64,000 nucleotides of DNA from a virus (Duplodnaviria > Caudoviricetes), in IMG/VR virus record IMGVR_UViG_2974646296_000001, positions 4,965 through 68,964 of that record. The stretch is one strand, 5' to 3'. This document shows, in pieces, positions 28,654 to 40,700 of this stretch (positions within the stretch are counted from its first letter, which is position 1; each line of letters opens with the position of its first letter). The notes under the pieces were generated by a model, which was not told the origin of the DNA, did not search any database, and was given only the letters and a program-made list of their open reading frames with translations. A program made the position numbers and the translations under genes.

Positions 28654-28941
28654 ATGCTTACCCCTGAACAGGAATCAAAGATACTTCGAGCTACCAAGTT
28701 AATAATCTCCTCCGGAACTAACACACTGGTCAAATACTTCATTATTGGTTTAGTTATAGTGCAAATTGCTACATTAGCGTTAAACCAACTAAGAATTGGT
28801 TTTGACAGTACTGATGGTGAAAAACGTTCAGGCATGGCATTACGAATTGACTATGGTACTGGCTGTCATTATTTAGAATCCTCTAGGGGTAACCTTATTC
28901 AGAGATTTAACCCCGATGGTACTCAATATTGTGAGAAATAA
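28654..28941 (+). CDS. Small membrane protein
   Basis: One hydrophobic helix; DYGTGCHYL motif. Confidence 0.6.
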   Translation: MLTPEQESKILRATKLIISSGTNTLVKYFIIGLVIVQIATLALNQLRIGFDSTDGEKRSGMALRIDYGTGCHYLESSRGNLIQRFNPDGTQYCEK

Positions 28942-28944
28942 ATA

Positions 28945-29682
28945 ATGTCTGAAAATACTGAAAATACACAATTAGTATTAATTGCAGGTAAATCAGCAAC
29001 TGGCAAATCAGCTTCTTTACGTAACTTACGTAACCCAGAGAAGGTTGCTTATCTAAATTGTGAAAACAATAAAAGATTACCTTTTCCAGCTAAGTTTAAG
29101 CAAGCTAACGTAACAGACCCAAACCAAGTATTAACCACCATTAAAGCACTTACTGGTAATCCTGAGTATGGTCCAATCATTGTAGATACTCTTACATTTA
29201 TGATGGACATGTTTGAAACTCAGTATGTACTTACTGCCTCTAACGGTATGAAAGCATGGGGTGAGTATGAGCAGTTCTTTAAACGATTAATGCAAGATGG
29301 TGTAGCTAAATCAGATAAACCAATTGTATTCATGGCACACACTTCTGATGTGTATAATGAGAATGAAATGGTCAATGAAACTATGGTCAAAGTGAAAGGT
29401 TCACTTATGACTAAAGGTGTTGAATCATTTTTCTCTACTGTCATTGCATCAAAGAAAATGCCAGTTAGTAAATTGGAACCATATGAAAAAGATAACAAAC
29501 TTCTAAACATCACTGATGAGGAACGTATGTTAGGCTTTAAATATGTCTACCAAACGAAGCTAACTAAAGAAACTGTTAATGAACGTATTCGTTCACCTTT
29601 GGGTATGTGGACAAACCAAGAAACATTCATTGATAATGATGTTCAATTGGTTCTAGACCGTCTTCAAGAATATTACGCTTAA
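28945..29682 (+). CDS. AAA_24 / Sak4-like ATPase (N4 gp44-like)
   Basis: GKSATGKS, IVDTLT, FMAH; conserved position. Confidence 0.85.
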   Translation: MSENTENTQLVLIAGKSATGKSASLRNLRNPEKVAYLNCENNKRLPFPAKFKQANVTDPNQVLTTIKALTGNPEYGPIIVDTLTFMMDMFETQYVLTASNGMKAWGEYEQFFKRLMQDGVAKSDKPIVFMAHTSDVYNENEMVNETMVKVKGSLMTKGVESFFSTVIASKKMPVSKLEPYEKDNKLLNITDEERMLGFKYVYQTKLTKETVNERIRSPLGMWTNQETFIDNDVQLVLDRLQEYYA

Positions 29683-29743
29683 TCCAAACTTCGTTTGGTT
29701 CTGTGGTTATAACAAACTAATTAATTAGTAAAAGGAAATAATA

Positions 29744-30466
29744 ATGTCTCTATTTGCATCTGCACAACAAAAAGCACAAACAGTTAAAGCAGAAGAAAAA
29801 GACGTACTAGGTGGCAGCTTTACTATTCCATCTGGTATCTACCCATCTGGTATCAAGATGGCTTATCTAGATAAATGGGATAGTGGTGCTCTTTATGTTG
29901 GTTTTGAATTTGCTGTCCTAGTTGATGGTAAAGAAATGAACCATAAAGAACTAATCACCATCTCTAACAAAGCAGGTGAATTCACTTATGAGAAGAATGG
30001 TGAAGTACATCCAATGCCCGGTTTCAGTATGGTTGATTCAATCTTCCGTCTTGCTACTGGTAAAGGTTTCAAAGAGCAAACTGGTGTAGAAGTTAAACAA
30101 ATTAAACTCTACGACAAAGAAGCTAAAGCTGAAGTACCTAAACCAAAAGAAGTATTCATGGAAGCATTGGGTAAGAAACTTAAACTTGGTATCCTTGCTC
30201 AAACAGTCGATAAGACTGAGAAGCAAGGTGACAAGTATGTACCTACCGGTGAGACTCGTGAAGAGAATGTAATCTCTAAAGCATTCCACTTTGAATCTGA
30301 TAAAACTGTTAGTGAAATTGATTCTAATGGTGGTGCTGAATTCTTCAAAGCTTGGGAAGAGAAATTCAAAGGTAAAACTATTAACAAAGCCAAAGGTAAA
30401 CCAGCAGGTTCTTCTGGTGGTACCGCAGGTGCACCAAACCAAAGTGCATCATCTTTGTTTAACTAA
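29744..30466 (+). CDS. Single-stranded DNA-binding protein (N4 gp45-like)
   Basis: Position after gp44; EKDVLGG start, flexible tail ending SLFN. Confidence 0.8.
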   Translation: MSLFASAQQKAQTVKAEEKDVLGGSFTIPSGIYPSGIKMAYLDKWDSGALYVGFEFAVLVDGKEMNHKELITISNKAGEFTYEKNGEVHPMPGFSMVDSIFRLATGKGFKEQTGVEVKQIKLYDKEAKAEVPKPKEVFMEALGKKLKLGILAQTVDKTEKQGDKYVPTGETREENVISKAFHFESDKTVSEIDSNGGAEFFKAWEEKFKGKTINKAKGKPAGSSGGTAGAPNQSASSLFN

Positions 30467-31263
30467 TGCCTAACAGCAGAATAGAATTAATATCTGCACC
30501 CTTGGAGGTTCCGGTAAGTAGAAAGAATAAGTTTATAATTAACTTAAATAACTACCGGAACACTCATTTTCAAGTATTGAACAAAGCTAAGAAGGTATAT
30601 AAGGGGCACCTCACTGAAAGACTCCTTAAACTTCAACCATTCAATACTGTATCACTTGAGTTTATTCTTTACCCTAAATCCAATAGATTGACGGACTTAG
30701 ACAACGTTACTTCTATTCATGCTAAGTTCTTTCAGGATGCTTTGACTGAGACTGGTGTACTACCGGATGACAATTACAACTATGTAATAAGTACTACTAG
30801 TAGGTTTGGATATGTGGATAAGAATAACCCAAGGGTGGATATTATCATTAAGGAAATAGAACCAATGAATGTAACAGTAATTAAACCTTCTCAAGAAGTA
30901 ATTATTAAAGCTCTTACACAATACTTCAACTTCCCTGAAGGATTACAAGTAGAGTTTGATTTAGGTATCCAATCGGAACCAGTAAATACTCATGAAGTAG
31001 TTGCTGATGAATCTGAAGAAGATACCAAACCAAAACGTAAACGCCGTACTAAAGCAGAAATGGAACAGGAAACTAAACCTGAACCAATTCAAGAAGAAGT
31101 TATTGAACCAGTCGTAGAAGAATTTACAGAAGCTGTAGAACAATCATTTGAAGACCGTGAAATGTCTTTGATTGATGAGGTACTAGCAGAAGCTGAAGGT
31201 ATGGAACTACCTGAGATTGATAACTCAGATTTGTTAGATACTTCTAAATCATTGTTCGGTTAA
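30466..31263 (+). CDS. RusA-like resolvase domain in frame with an acidic phage protein
   Basis: DLDN...KFFQDAL...LPDDN...PRVDI; second start AAGGA...ATG at 30865. Confidence 0.7.
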   Translation: MPNSRIELISAPLEVPVSRKNKFIINLNNYRNTHFQVLNKAKKVYKGHLTERLLKLQPFNTVSLEFILYPKSNRLTDLDNVTSIHAKFFQDALTETGVLPDDNYNYVISTTSRFGYVDKNNPRVDIIIKEIEPMNVTVIKPSQEVIIKALTQYFNFPEGLQVEFDLGIQSEPVNTHEVVADESEEDTKPKRKRRTKAEMEQETKPEPIQEEVIEPVVEEFTEAVEQSFEDREMSLIDEVLAEAEGMELPEIDNSDLLDTSKSLFG

Positions 31264-31460
31264 TGAAACTACTTAAGATTCTAGGGATTATTCTTGGTTC
31301 ATTACTTATAGGTATTATAGTTGTATCTGTATTACCTTTTCTATTTGCAATCTCTATTGGTCTATTAGTTATAGGTAGTGCTTACACTATCTATAAAATA
31401 GATTCACCTGAGATTAGTGAATTAGTTGAGAAAATGAAACAAGAAAGGGAGTCCAAGTGA
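31263..31460 (+). CDS. Small membrane protein
   Basis: Two hydrophobic helices. Confidence 0.65.
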   Translation: MKLLKILGIILGSLLIGIIVVSVLPFLFAISIGLLVIGSAYTIYKIDSPEISELVEKMKQERESK

Positions 31461-31490
31461 CTCCCTATTTTTATTTAAAGGTTTAAACAT

Positions 31491-31694
31491 ATGAGTTTAG
31501 AACGTATTGATAATTTCTCTACAAGTAATGAAACAGTATTTGTAGACCCACATAAAGGTTTTATTGAACTAACTTTATGTCCAGTAGCTGAACCAGAAGA
31601 ATCAGTAAGTGTATCTTACTCTTGTTCTAGTGAAGATATTGGTAAACTAATTGCAGCACTACAACGTGCTAAAGATAAATTTGATAATGCTTAA
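31491..31694 (+). CDS. Hypothetical protein
   Basis: ORF flanked by terminators. Confidence 0.6.
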   Translation: MSLERIDNFSTSNETVFVDPHKGFIELTLCPVAEPEESVSVSYSCSSEDIGKLIAALQRAKDKFDNA

Positions 31695-31706
31695 GCATTA
31701 AAATAT

Positions 31707-31737
31707 TAGGGACTCAATTGAGTCCCTATTTTTATTT
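31707..31737. terminator. Terminator at the middle/late convergence
   Basis: TAGGGACTC-AATT-GAGTCCCTA between convergent genes. Confidence 0.8.
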
Positions 31738-34700
31738 AACTAAATACTTTAGCAGTGATGATATCAGGTGCAGCATTAATAAAGCTTTCAACTGGATTAG
31801 CCAATCTAGTTAATGGATTGGTTTCAATAATCATAGTTGAATCCATAATATCTGGAACATCACCAAAGAAGTTCTGTAGAAGCATAATACTCAATGCTCT
31901 TGCAGGATTCTCTAAGAATGTTTTAGCAATGATACGTTGTACACGAACCAAGTATTTACTAAACATCAACAAACCAAGGTCATTTAAGTATTGAATACCT
32001 TTGTGAGTAGGTAAGTCATAATCAATGAAGATATCCATTACTTGCCCTGCTGCTTCATCTTTAGCAATTCCCTTATTCTTAGTCATGTGCTGGAACAACA
32101 CATATCTAGCACCAAAGTCAGAGAACTGTGCAGCTTCACTTAAAAAGTCATACAGGTTAGAACCTTGCATTACTAATGCTTCTTTAAATACATCTTTCAC
32201 GCTGTTAGGAATACGGTTAGTTGCATCTTCTAAACGTTCTGCCCAGCTGGTTTCAGCATACTTACGTTTGATACGTTGGCTCAGTTTATATTCTTGAACT
32301 TCAGTATCTACATCCTCTACGATAGTTGATAGCAAACCAGCATCAATCAAATCAATTACTGGATTGTTAGCTAATCTATCTTCAAGCTGAACCAACTTAG
32401 ATTCATATACACTTCTCTGTGCTCTTGTAAGGTTAGCATTACTTAGTTTAAGTCTTACTTGTTCAGTCTCTTGGTTCAACTTCTTGTATTCGCGCATAGC
32501 TACAAATGAATCTTTATGACCTACGATAATATCTTTAATAGATACACCCATCATCTTTAGTAGAACCATGTTAGACACCATGTTACCTAATGTAACAATA
32601 CCTGTTTTAATGACAATGATATCTTTAACTGTCTTAGCTAATGCTTCTAAAAGTTCTTCTCCTTGTCTTACTCGCATTGCTGCTTTCTTACCGAAAATCA
32701 TATTAACAAACATTACAAAAGCTTCTTGTACTAAACCACGTTCAGCTTTAGATAACTTCCATAGGTTAGCTGCTGTATATTTGTGATAGCCAAATAGTAA
32801 GTCTACAGAGTCTTTACGAACCAACATAGAATCACTACCCCATACTTTACGAATCTCTTCTTTCATATCTTCTGGTAGCAGTCTGAATATCTCACGATAT
32901 TCTTCATTGGTTGATTGTGGTGAAATCTCTATAAACTCAGCTTTGTTAGGTGTGTTGGTATACATCTCTTTTAATACTTTAACGAGTTCTTTGTTCTCTT
33001 TCTTGATGTCATTCTTAACAGCTAAACCAGAGAACATAATACCCATCACATCATCAAAAGATGTATCACGTTGTAGAATGTCATTCTTAGTGTTGTCATT
33101 CATTACATAACGGTAATCAACAATCTCACCTGCTTCATTCACTAGGGGAACTGCATACGTAGTACTATCTAATGTACGTTTATTCCAATTAGCAGATACT
33201 TTCTTAGCATTCTTAGTTTTCCAAGTATCTAACGTACCAGTACGAGAACCATTGAAAGAACCAGTAGTATTCAAGGTTACTGATGTACCTCTTGCAGCAT
33301 CATTCAGCAGGTAAGCTACACCACCAATGTTAGCTGGTTGACCACCATGACCATTTACAAATAAGTATTTAGTTTCTGTATCTGGGTCACTTGGGTCTTT
33401 AGGTAAAGCTGAACCAATAGCATAACCTTGTGCTTCAAATTCTTCTTGGTCATCAATAGTACCTACTTTGATAGCAATATCTGGATTCACCTTATCAGTC
33501 ATAAATCCTTTTTGGATATGTCTACTGTTCTCTCTAAACTCTTCCAGAGTTTTACTACGAAACTCTTTCATTAAGTTCATTGTGAAAGTAATACCATTAC
33601 CCCCATCTGTTCTAGATACTTCTTTAGAAGCTAAACCATTAATTAAACGTCTGTGGTTATCGCTCAGATTGCTAATTGCGTAAAGAGAAGCTAACACATC
33701 AATTGTTGGTTCTGCTTGTCTAGCGAACGTAGGCATTGTTCTAGGAGTACCAATTGCATCTGCAATATTCTTAGCATTCATCAAACCATTAGGAATACTA
33801 GATACACCTGTAATCATAAACTTACCTAGGTTCTTAGCTTGTCTAATATAAAAAGCAGTATAACCAGTGTATTGGTTTAGGTTGGTTTCATACTGTTGAA
33901 TAGTTTGTGCTAAGTATTGTTTATCACGCATTAGTTCAATGATTTGGTCTTGAGAGAAATCATTGAACAATGAAGTGATATCTGTTTTAAGGAATGCATA
34001 AGACAATGCATCTTTCTCTTGAACAGTTAACTTCTCAGCAAATGCTTCATTGATAGTAGTTCTATAATTATTACGTACTTGCATACGGTATCTGTCGATA
34101 TTCTTGTTAGCTAAACGTTTCATATCATGTAGAACTGCTACAGCATTAAATCTACCTTTAGATTCAGTAACCAAACTTAAGAATAAGTTAGCAGCAGTAG
34201 AATTAGATTGTCTTAGTTTATTGTACGTTTCATTAGTAATCTCAGTTACTGTTTGAACCTTACCATTCTTAACAGCTTCTTTAATTTGCTTCTTAGTTAA
34301 CTTTTTAAACTTATCTAAAGGCTGAACCAAGTTACGTTCAATACCCGGTTGAACTCTATTAATTACTTCTTGTACTGGTTTAGTAAATACTTCAGTAACT
34401 CTTTCCATATGCTTACGTAATTGAGCTTTGTTACTACTATCAATACCAGCAAATGATTGGAATAGTTGTGCTAACTGTTGGTCTACAGGTTTACCATAAG
34501 TACCCAGTAATTTAGCATTAAGAGTGTTTAACAGTTTATTGAACCAATTGTAGATACCTTGAACCAATCTACCTAATGAACCTGCAGCTGTATTAAGTTC
34601 ACTAGCTTTGTTCTGGTATTCAATTTTCGACAATGCTTTTCTAAAGTTATTGTTAGTTAAACCAAGTGCTACAAACTCATGTAAGTAGTTAGATTTAGCT

Positions 34701-37700
34701 CTACCATTAACTACATTATCTCTTTTTGGTTCAAACACATGTTTGTATCTTTGTTCTGCTGCTTGATATTCATCTGCAAATCTTGGGTCAGATTCAAGCA
34801 TAGAAGGGTCATTCATGAAATCACGAACAGTTACTACTTTCTTAGCTTGTAACCATAGTTTGTATAGTTCATTACGTTCAGCATATTTGTTATCAATACC
34901 AAACATAGATACATTATGAACCAACTCATGAACAAATACTTCAGAAGCAGACATACGAATACCATTTGCTAATGAACCTGACAGTGGTTGTGAACCTTGT
35001 GTTTGATTCACAATAAACATATCTACACCATCAGTAGCACCAATAGTTTCTGTTTGGTCTGAAGCTCCTAAGTGTAAATCAAATGGTTGAACTACTTTGT
35101 TTACCACATTGTTTAATACACCCCGTAGATACTCTAAGTGTTCTGGTTCATCTTTGATTAAAGATACTTGTTGTAACTCATCAAATACTTGTTCTGAGTT
35201 ATAACCATCAATTCTTCTAGCTTCATCAAATGTGAAGTCATTTCGAATATCATTATATGCTGATGAACCAAGATTATTAGTAGGTCTTACATAAGCTGAA
35301 TCTTCACCATTAGAATATTGTTCACTTCTAACAATGTTATTCATTACTTTGTTTTTATTATTTACGTGGTCTTGTCCAAGGCTAGTAATGAAACTATTAA
35401 TGTCATTCAAAGTCTGTTGTAAACCACGTTGAGCTACCCACTTAGCATCTCTACCAAGTACAGTTTTAGCTGCTTTAATAATTGGTTCTTCTAATTCTTT
35501 AATATCACCATCAAAACCAGTAACTACTCTATTCAACATTACTCCAATCTCTTGAGGGATTGAGTAAAGCGAGTTAACAAGTAAGAAACCTTTGTTATAA
35601 GCTTCTTTAATTGCCTTAAAGGCACTACCAGCAATATAGGCAGCATCATGTACGTTCAAAATCCTAGCAATATTCATAATAACTAATTGAACAGCCGCAT
35701 CTATAGATTGAGTCATAGTAGGAATTGCAGCAGCACCCGGTTCACTATATGTACGTAATTGTCCATTAGTAGTTCTAGATTTCTTACCTGATTTAAGATT
35801 CTTTGGATTAATAGTTACTTGAACACTTCTATCAGTGATAGGTGTCATTTCATAACCAGACAACATCAAACCAGTCTCTAACTGTTTAGTTAAATCTTTA
35901 CTAGAAATCTTACTAGTAGCTGTATTCACAATAGGTGTAACTGTTTTAAGAGATTCAACTAAGTTCTTCTCTTCTTCTACAGTTAGTTGTTTATTACCGG
36001 TTTGTTTAAGAATCTCTGCTTTACGTTTGTTATACATATTCACAAACAAAGCATGAGCTAAGTTAGTAGCAGCGTTCAGTTTATTACGTGAATCAAAAGA
36101 TACTTTGTATTCTTTATCCATCGCTTCTTTCAATGGATTCTGATAAATACCACTAACTACCTTCTTGAAGTTCTTAACTTCATTTGGTCTAAGTTTAAAT
36201 TCTTTTAAGTCTTTAGTATTTCTAATTACACGTTTACTACCAGTTAAGTAGTTAACAATACTAAGTACTTCATTTACTTCTGCTCTTGCAGCTTCTTGAG
36301 TAAGAGTACGTTCAATTAAACCTTTATACACAGCTTCTAAACGTTCATATACTTTCTCAATACCTTGTGAACCAATGTTATCTGCAATGGTTCCAATTGA
36401 AGCCCCATAGATAGAAGTCATTAGAGGGTTCTTAGCAATGTTACGACCTTGCTTAGTTACTTCTTCTTTACCAGTAAGTTCATTTACTTTAATGAATGAA
36501 CCAAACAATTTAGATACTACATTATAATCTTTAGCATATTTAGCATCTTCCATTGCTTTAAGTTGAATAGCTTTCTCCCAATCTCTTGCAAGAGTCTTAT
36601 ATGAATCTTGGTTAGCTGGGTTAGCAATCCATTCGTTATAGGTAATATTTGAATTATAAATACCCATACGTTGAAGCATATTGAACATTGCTTCTACATT
36701 ATCTGAAGCAAACTGAAGAGTAGTGATAGCTACACCATTCGTAATACCATCCACTTCACGAGCAAGATTATGAGTAAATTCAGTAGCGTCAGATTCTTTA
36801 GCTAATTCATATTCAGCCATTGCTACAATACTCAAGTAACCTTTCATATTGGTTCCAATAGCTTTCACACCATCAGCAATAACTGTTTGTAGTTCCACTG
36901 TTAATTCACGTTCACCAGATAAACGTAATACATCTTTCATTGCATCAATCGCATTACGTACTTTTGGTTTAGCTAATTGTTTCTGTACTTCTTCCAAAGC
37001 TTTATCAGAAGCTAGACCATTCTGGTCAGAACCAAACTTAGGTACTTCTACATCTAACCCTTCACCTACAGCTAGTAAGAAGAAGTTCTCTTCTGGGGAG
37101 CCAAAAGTAAATGTAGTATTCCATTCACGGTTAACTAAGTAACGGTGAATCTTAGAAGCTTGTGGGTTAAATTTATTACCAATACCCATACGACCTTGCT
37201 TCCAAACAGTATGTTCTAAGTAGAAAGGTGTATTGATGCCCTTATCTTGTACTTCTTCATACCATTCTTGAGCAATCTCTAGTTCACGTTCAATACTACG
37301 ATTCTTACCTTCTACACTTGGTTTATTCACATCAATTACAGTATCTAGATTACTTACATAACCCATCATCTCTTTCTGTAATTCTGAGTTAAAACCAAAG
37401 AATGTTTGAACAGTATTCTCTCTAAAGAAATATGGCTTAGCTTGGTCAGCTTCCAATACTCTCTTCTGTGATTCAGGTACTTGTTGTACAGATTTAGCTA
37501 CTTTTAAATTACCTTTAACTGGTTTAAAGCTAGGCATTGGTCTTTCATAAGATGAACCAAACACATCCTGCATAAATGAAGATTGCTTTTTATTAGCTGC
37601 AAAGATGTTATCAATGTCGTTGGTTAAATCTAATTGCACCAATTGAAATGTAGTTCTATCACCAAGTTTCTTAATTGAATCTGGAGCTTCTGAACCATAC

Positions 37701-40700
37701 AAAGATTTAATCTGAGCGCCAGTAACACTCTCTGCTTCATTTAATACACCTGAGTTCTCTAGAGCTGAGTAAGCCCACAAACCAAGTGAAGTCTCTAAGT
37801 TAGTTTGAGCATCAATTGGAGCATTATTATCTAACTTAAGATTTAATGTTTTAAATGCAGCAGTACCCATAGAGTTAACTACTGATTGAAAACGTACACC
37901 TTTAGGGATTAAGTTATACAATTCTGGTTCAACATAATCTTCATCAGATAAACCAAGTAAACCTCTCATACTTTCTTCTGATTGGTAATTTGATTCTTTA
38001 CCTGATGAAACAATCCATTGATATGCTCCAGCTGCCATAGCAGTTTTTACATTCTCTGGTAGGTTACCTGATTCATCTACCAAGTACTGAGTAAAGTCAT
38101 TACCAATAAACTCTTTCTTAACTGCAAAGATTTCATCTAAAGCTTTACCAAATGAATCATTAAACTTAGTAAATTCAGTAGCTACTTCCATAGCACCAGT
38201 AGGAACTACAGAACCATAGAACTGTTTAAGAATATTTTCTGTATCTAGTTTTAGTTTAGAACTAAAGTTAGCAATCTTATTTAAAGCAGATTGTTTATTA
38301 CTTGGTTTGAAATACTCACTAACCAAGTTACCTTCTTTACTGGTTAACTCTTTAGCTAATGAATAATCTTTATCTTCAGTAATATCCAACGCAGGTTCAA
38401 CTGTAGTAGTCACTGGAGAAGCTTCAGCTTCGACAGGTGTAACTACGGAAGGTTGAACCGGAGTGTCAGTTACTTGTTCAACAGTTTCAGAAACAACCTC
38501 TGGTTGTTGTGGTTGAGTAACTTCTTCTACTGTTTGTTCACTTACAGTATCTACAATTGGTTGTTCAGTGGTAACTTCTTCAGTCGGGCTCTGAACAGCA
38601 GGTTCTACAGAAGGAATAGAAGAGTATTGTTGATACACTTGGTTCAACAGATTAGCTTCTTCACGTACTTTAGATACTAGTCGTTTAGAGTTATTGCTAA
38701 TCTTCAGTGAACCAACTTGTACTGGTTTACCAGTATTAGTTGCTTTAACCAATGCATCTTCTAATTGAGTAGCTTTACTTGTTTGTCTTTCAGCAAACAG
38801 TTTTAAACCTTCTAAACCTTTAGTCTTAATAGCTTCATCACCAGAAAGAATCATATTTTGGTAATCTTTAATACCAAGCATCTTTCTTTTAGTTTGTGGG
38901 TCTGTACCACCATTGATGATGTTATCTGATACCTGACTAAAAGTGCGTAGGTTCTTCTGAACTTCTGCATATGTTTTAAGTATTTGATTCTCTTCTTCAG
39001 ATAAACCATTATCAGCTTCTGCTAGAGCAATAGCTTGAGATTCAGATAAGCTAGTAGGGTTATCTCTAAATGAACCAAATACACGTCTAGCAGCTTCTGT
39101 ATCATTCTTTGTTGCTGCTTCAATATCATTGGATACCTGTTCAGCATTTACCACTGTAGGACGCATTGCACGAACAATTGGAGCTGCTTTACTAATTGAT
39201 TCTTCTAACTTAGGAACCAAAGTATCTAATTCTTGTAAACGAGTTTGTTCTTCGGGTGTACGCTCAGTCTTAGATTCAAGTTCAACATATTCATTGGTTA
39301 ACTGAACCAACTCAGCTTGTTTACTTAATACTTGTTCTTTAGCTGTTTCATAATTTTGAGTACGTTCTTCAGGAGTAACACCCTCTACCTGATTACGTTT
39401 AGACAAAGTATCTACAGAAGTATTTAAATCAAATGTAGGTGATTCAGTATTGGTTACTGGTTCTAAGTTACCAGTTTCAATAGCTTCTTTTTGAACTTTA
39501 CGTTTCTGTACAAATTCAGTGTTCTTTACTTTATTAGATACAGCTTCACCAGCTTTACCTGTAACTGCTTTAGCAGCTTCAATAGTAGGACGTACACTTG
39601 CTGCACCGCCACCTGCTAATGCACCCATTAAACCAGAAGTAAATGCACCTTTATAGTTAGGTTCTTCTAATTTAATTAAACTTTCTTCTACAATAGTTTG
39701 GTAAGCTTCAGTAGCAGCTTCAGTTAAAGAAGTAGTACTTACCTTTGCAGCAGCGTCTAAAGCTTTACGTCCTTTGGTTAATGCATCGAGTGCAAATAAA
39801 TCACCTGCTTGTTCAGCAAGTGTTAGTGAACTAGCTAACTTAAGTTGTTTTTGTAATTCTTCAGTAGTAGGTAATCTTCCATTCTTTTCATGGAAATCAA
39901 CAATTGCAGTTGCAAATGCATCTGAACCATAACCAATAGAAGATACTATTTGTAATGCTGAGCCAGTCTTACCTAACAAACCAAGAGCAACATCACCAAT
40001 TACTTCAGCAGTTAATTCACCTACAGCTTTAGCAGCAGCTAAGGGGTCTTCTACTTTATCAAAAGTATCAAACACTGCATCAGCAGCGCCAGCAGCAATA
40101 TCACTTACACCATCTAATACTTTACCTTCTTTAATCTTAGAGATAGCAGTATCTAGGGTTGCAGCAAACTTAGCATCAGCAACTTCAGCAGCTTTAGTAA
40201 TTACATCTTGGTTTTCTTTGTTAACAATGGATTCCAAGTTAAAGAAGTCTTTAATATCTTTCTGTAAGTTAGCAGCACCTAAACCATACTCAATAGCTTC
40301 TAGGTTAGTCTTACTACCTTCACGTTCTACTGATTGAGCTTCAGGAGCAACATCAACACCATAAGTATATGTGTTACTCATAGTGCCAGTTGAAGTTACT
40401 TTACGTTTAACCTTTTGGTTCAGTAATGCTTCATCTTTATCAATACCTTCATAGGTAGTACCACTATCCTTAGCATTACGATAACGGATATAAGCAGCTT
40501 TAGCTTCATCAGATACAGTAAGTAAATCCATAGTACCTAAACCAATAGGTGCTGAAACTACATAACCAACAGTCTCACTTACACCAGCTAGTGCAGTTGC
40601 AGCTACGTTAGTTAAATAACTCAAAGGATTATCTGTATCTTCTGCTAATAGTGCTTGTCGTCTTTGTGCTTCTTGTGCAGCAGCTTGTTGAGCACTTTCT

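Noticed and set aside
11926-30473. Shadow ORFs in the track (11926, 14827, 16466, 16571, 20203, 20208, 21991, 24997, 28647, 29220, 30038, 30199, 30291)
   Set aside because: They overlap well-supported genes in other frames or strands and show no motifs.
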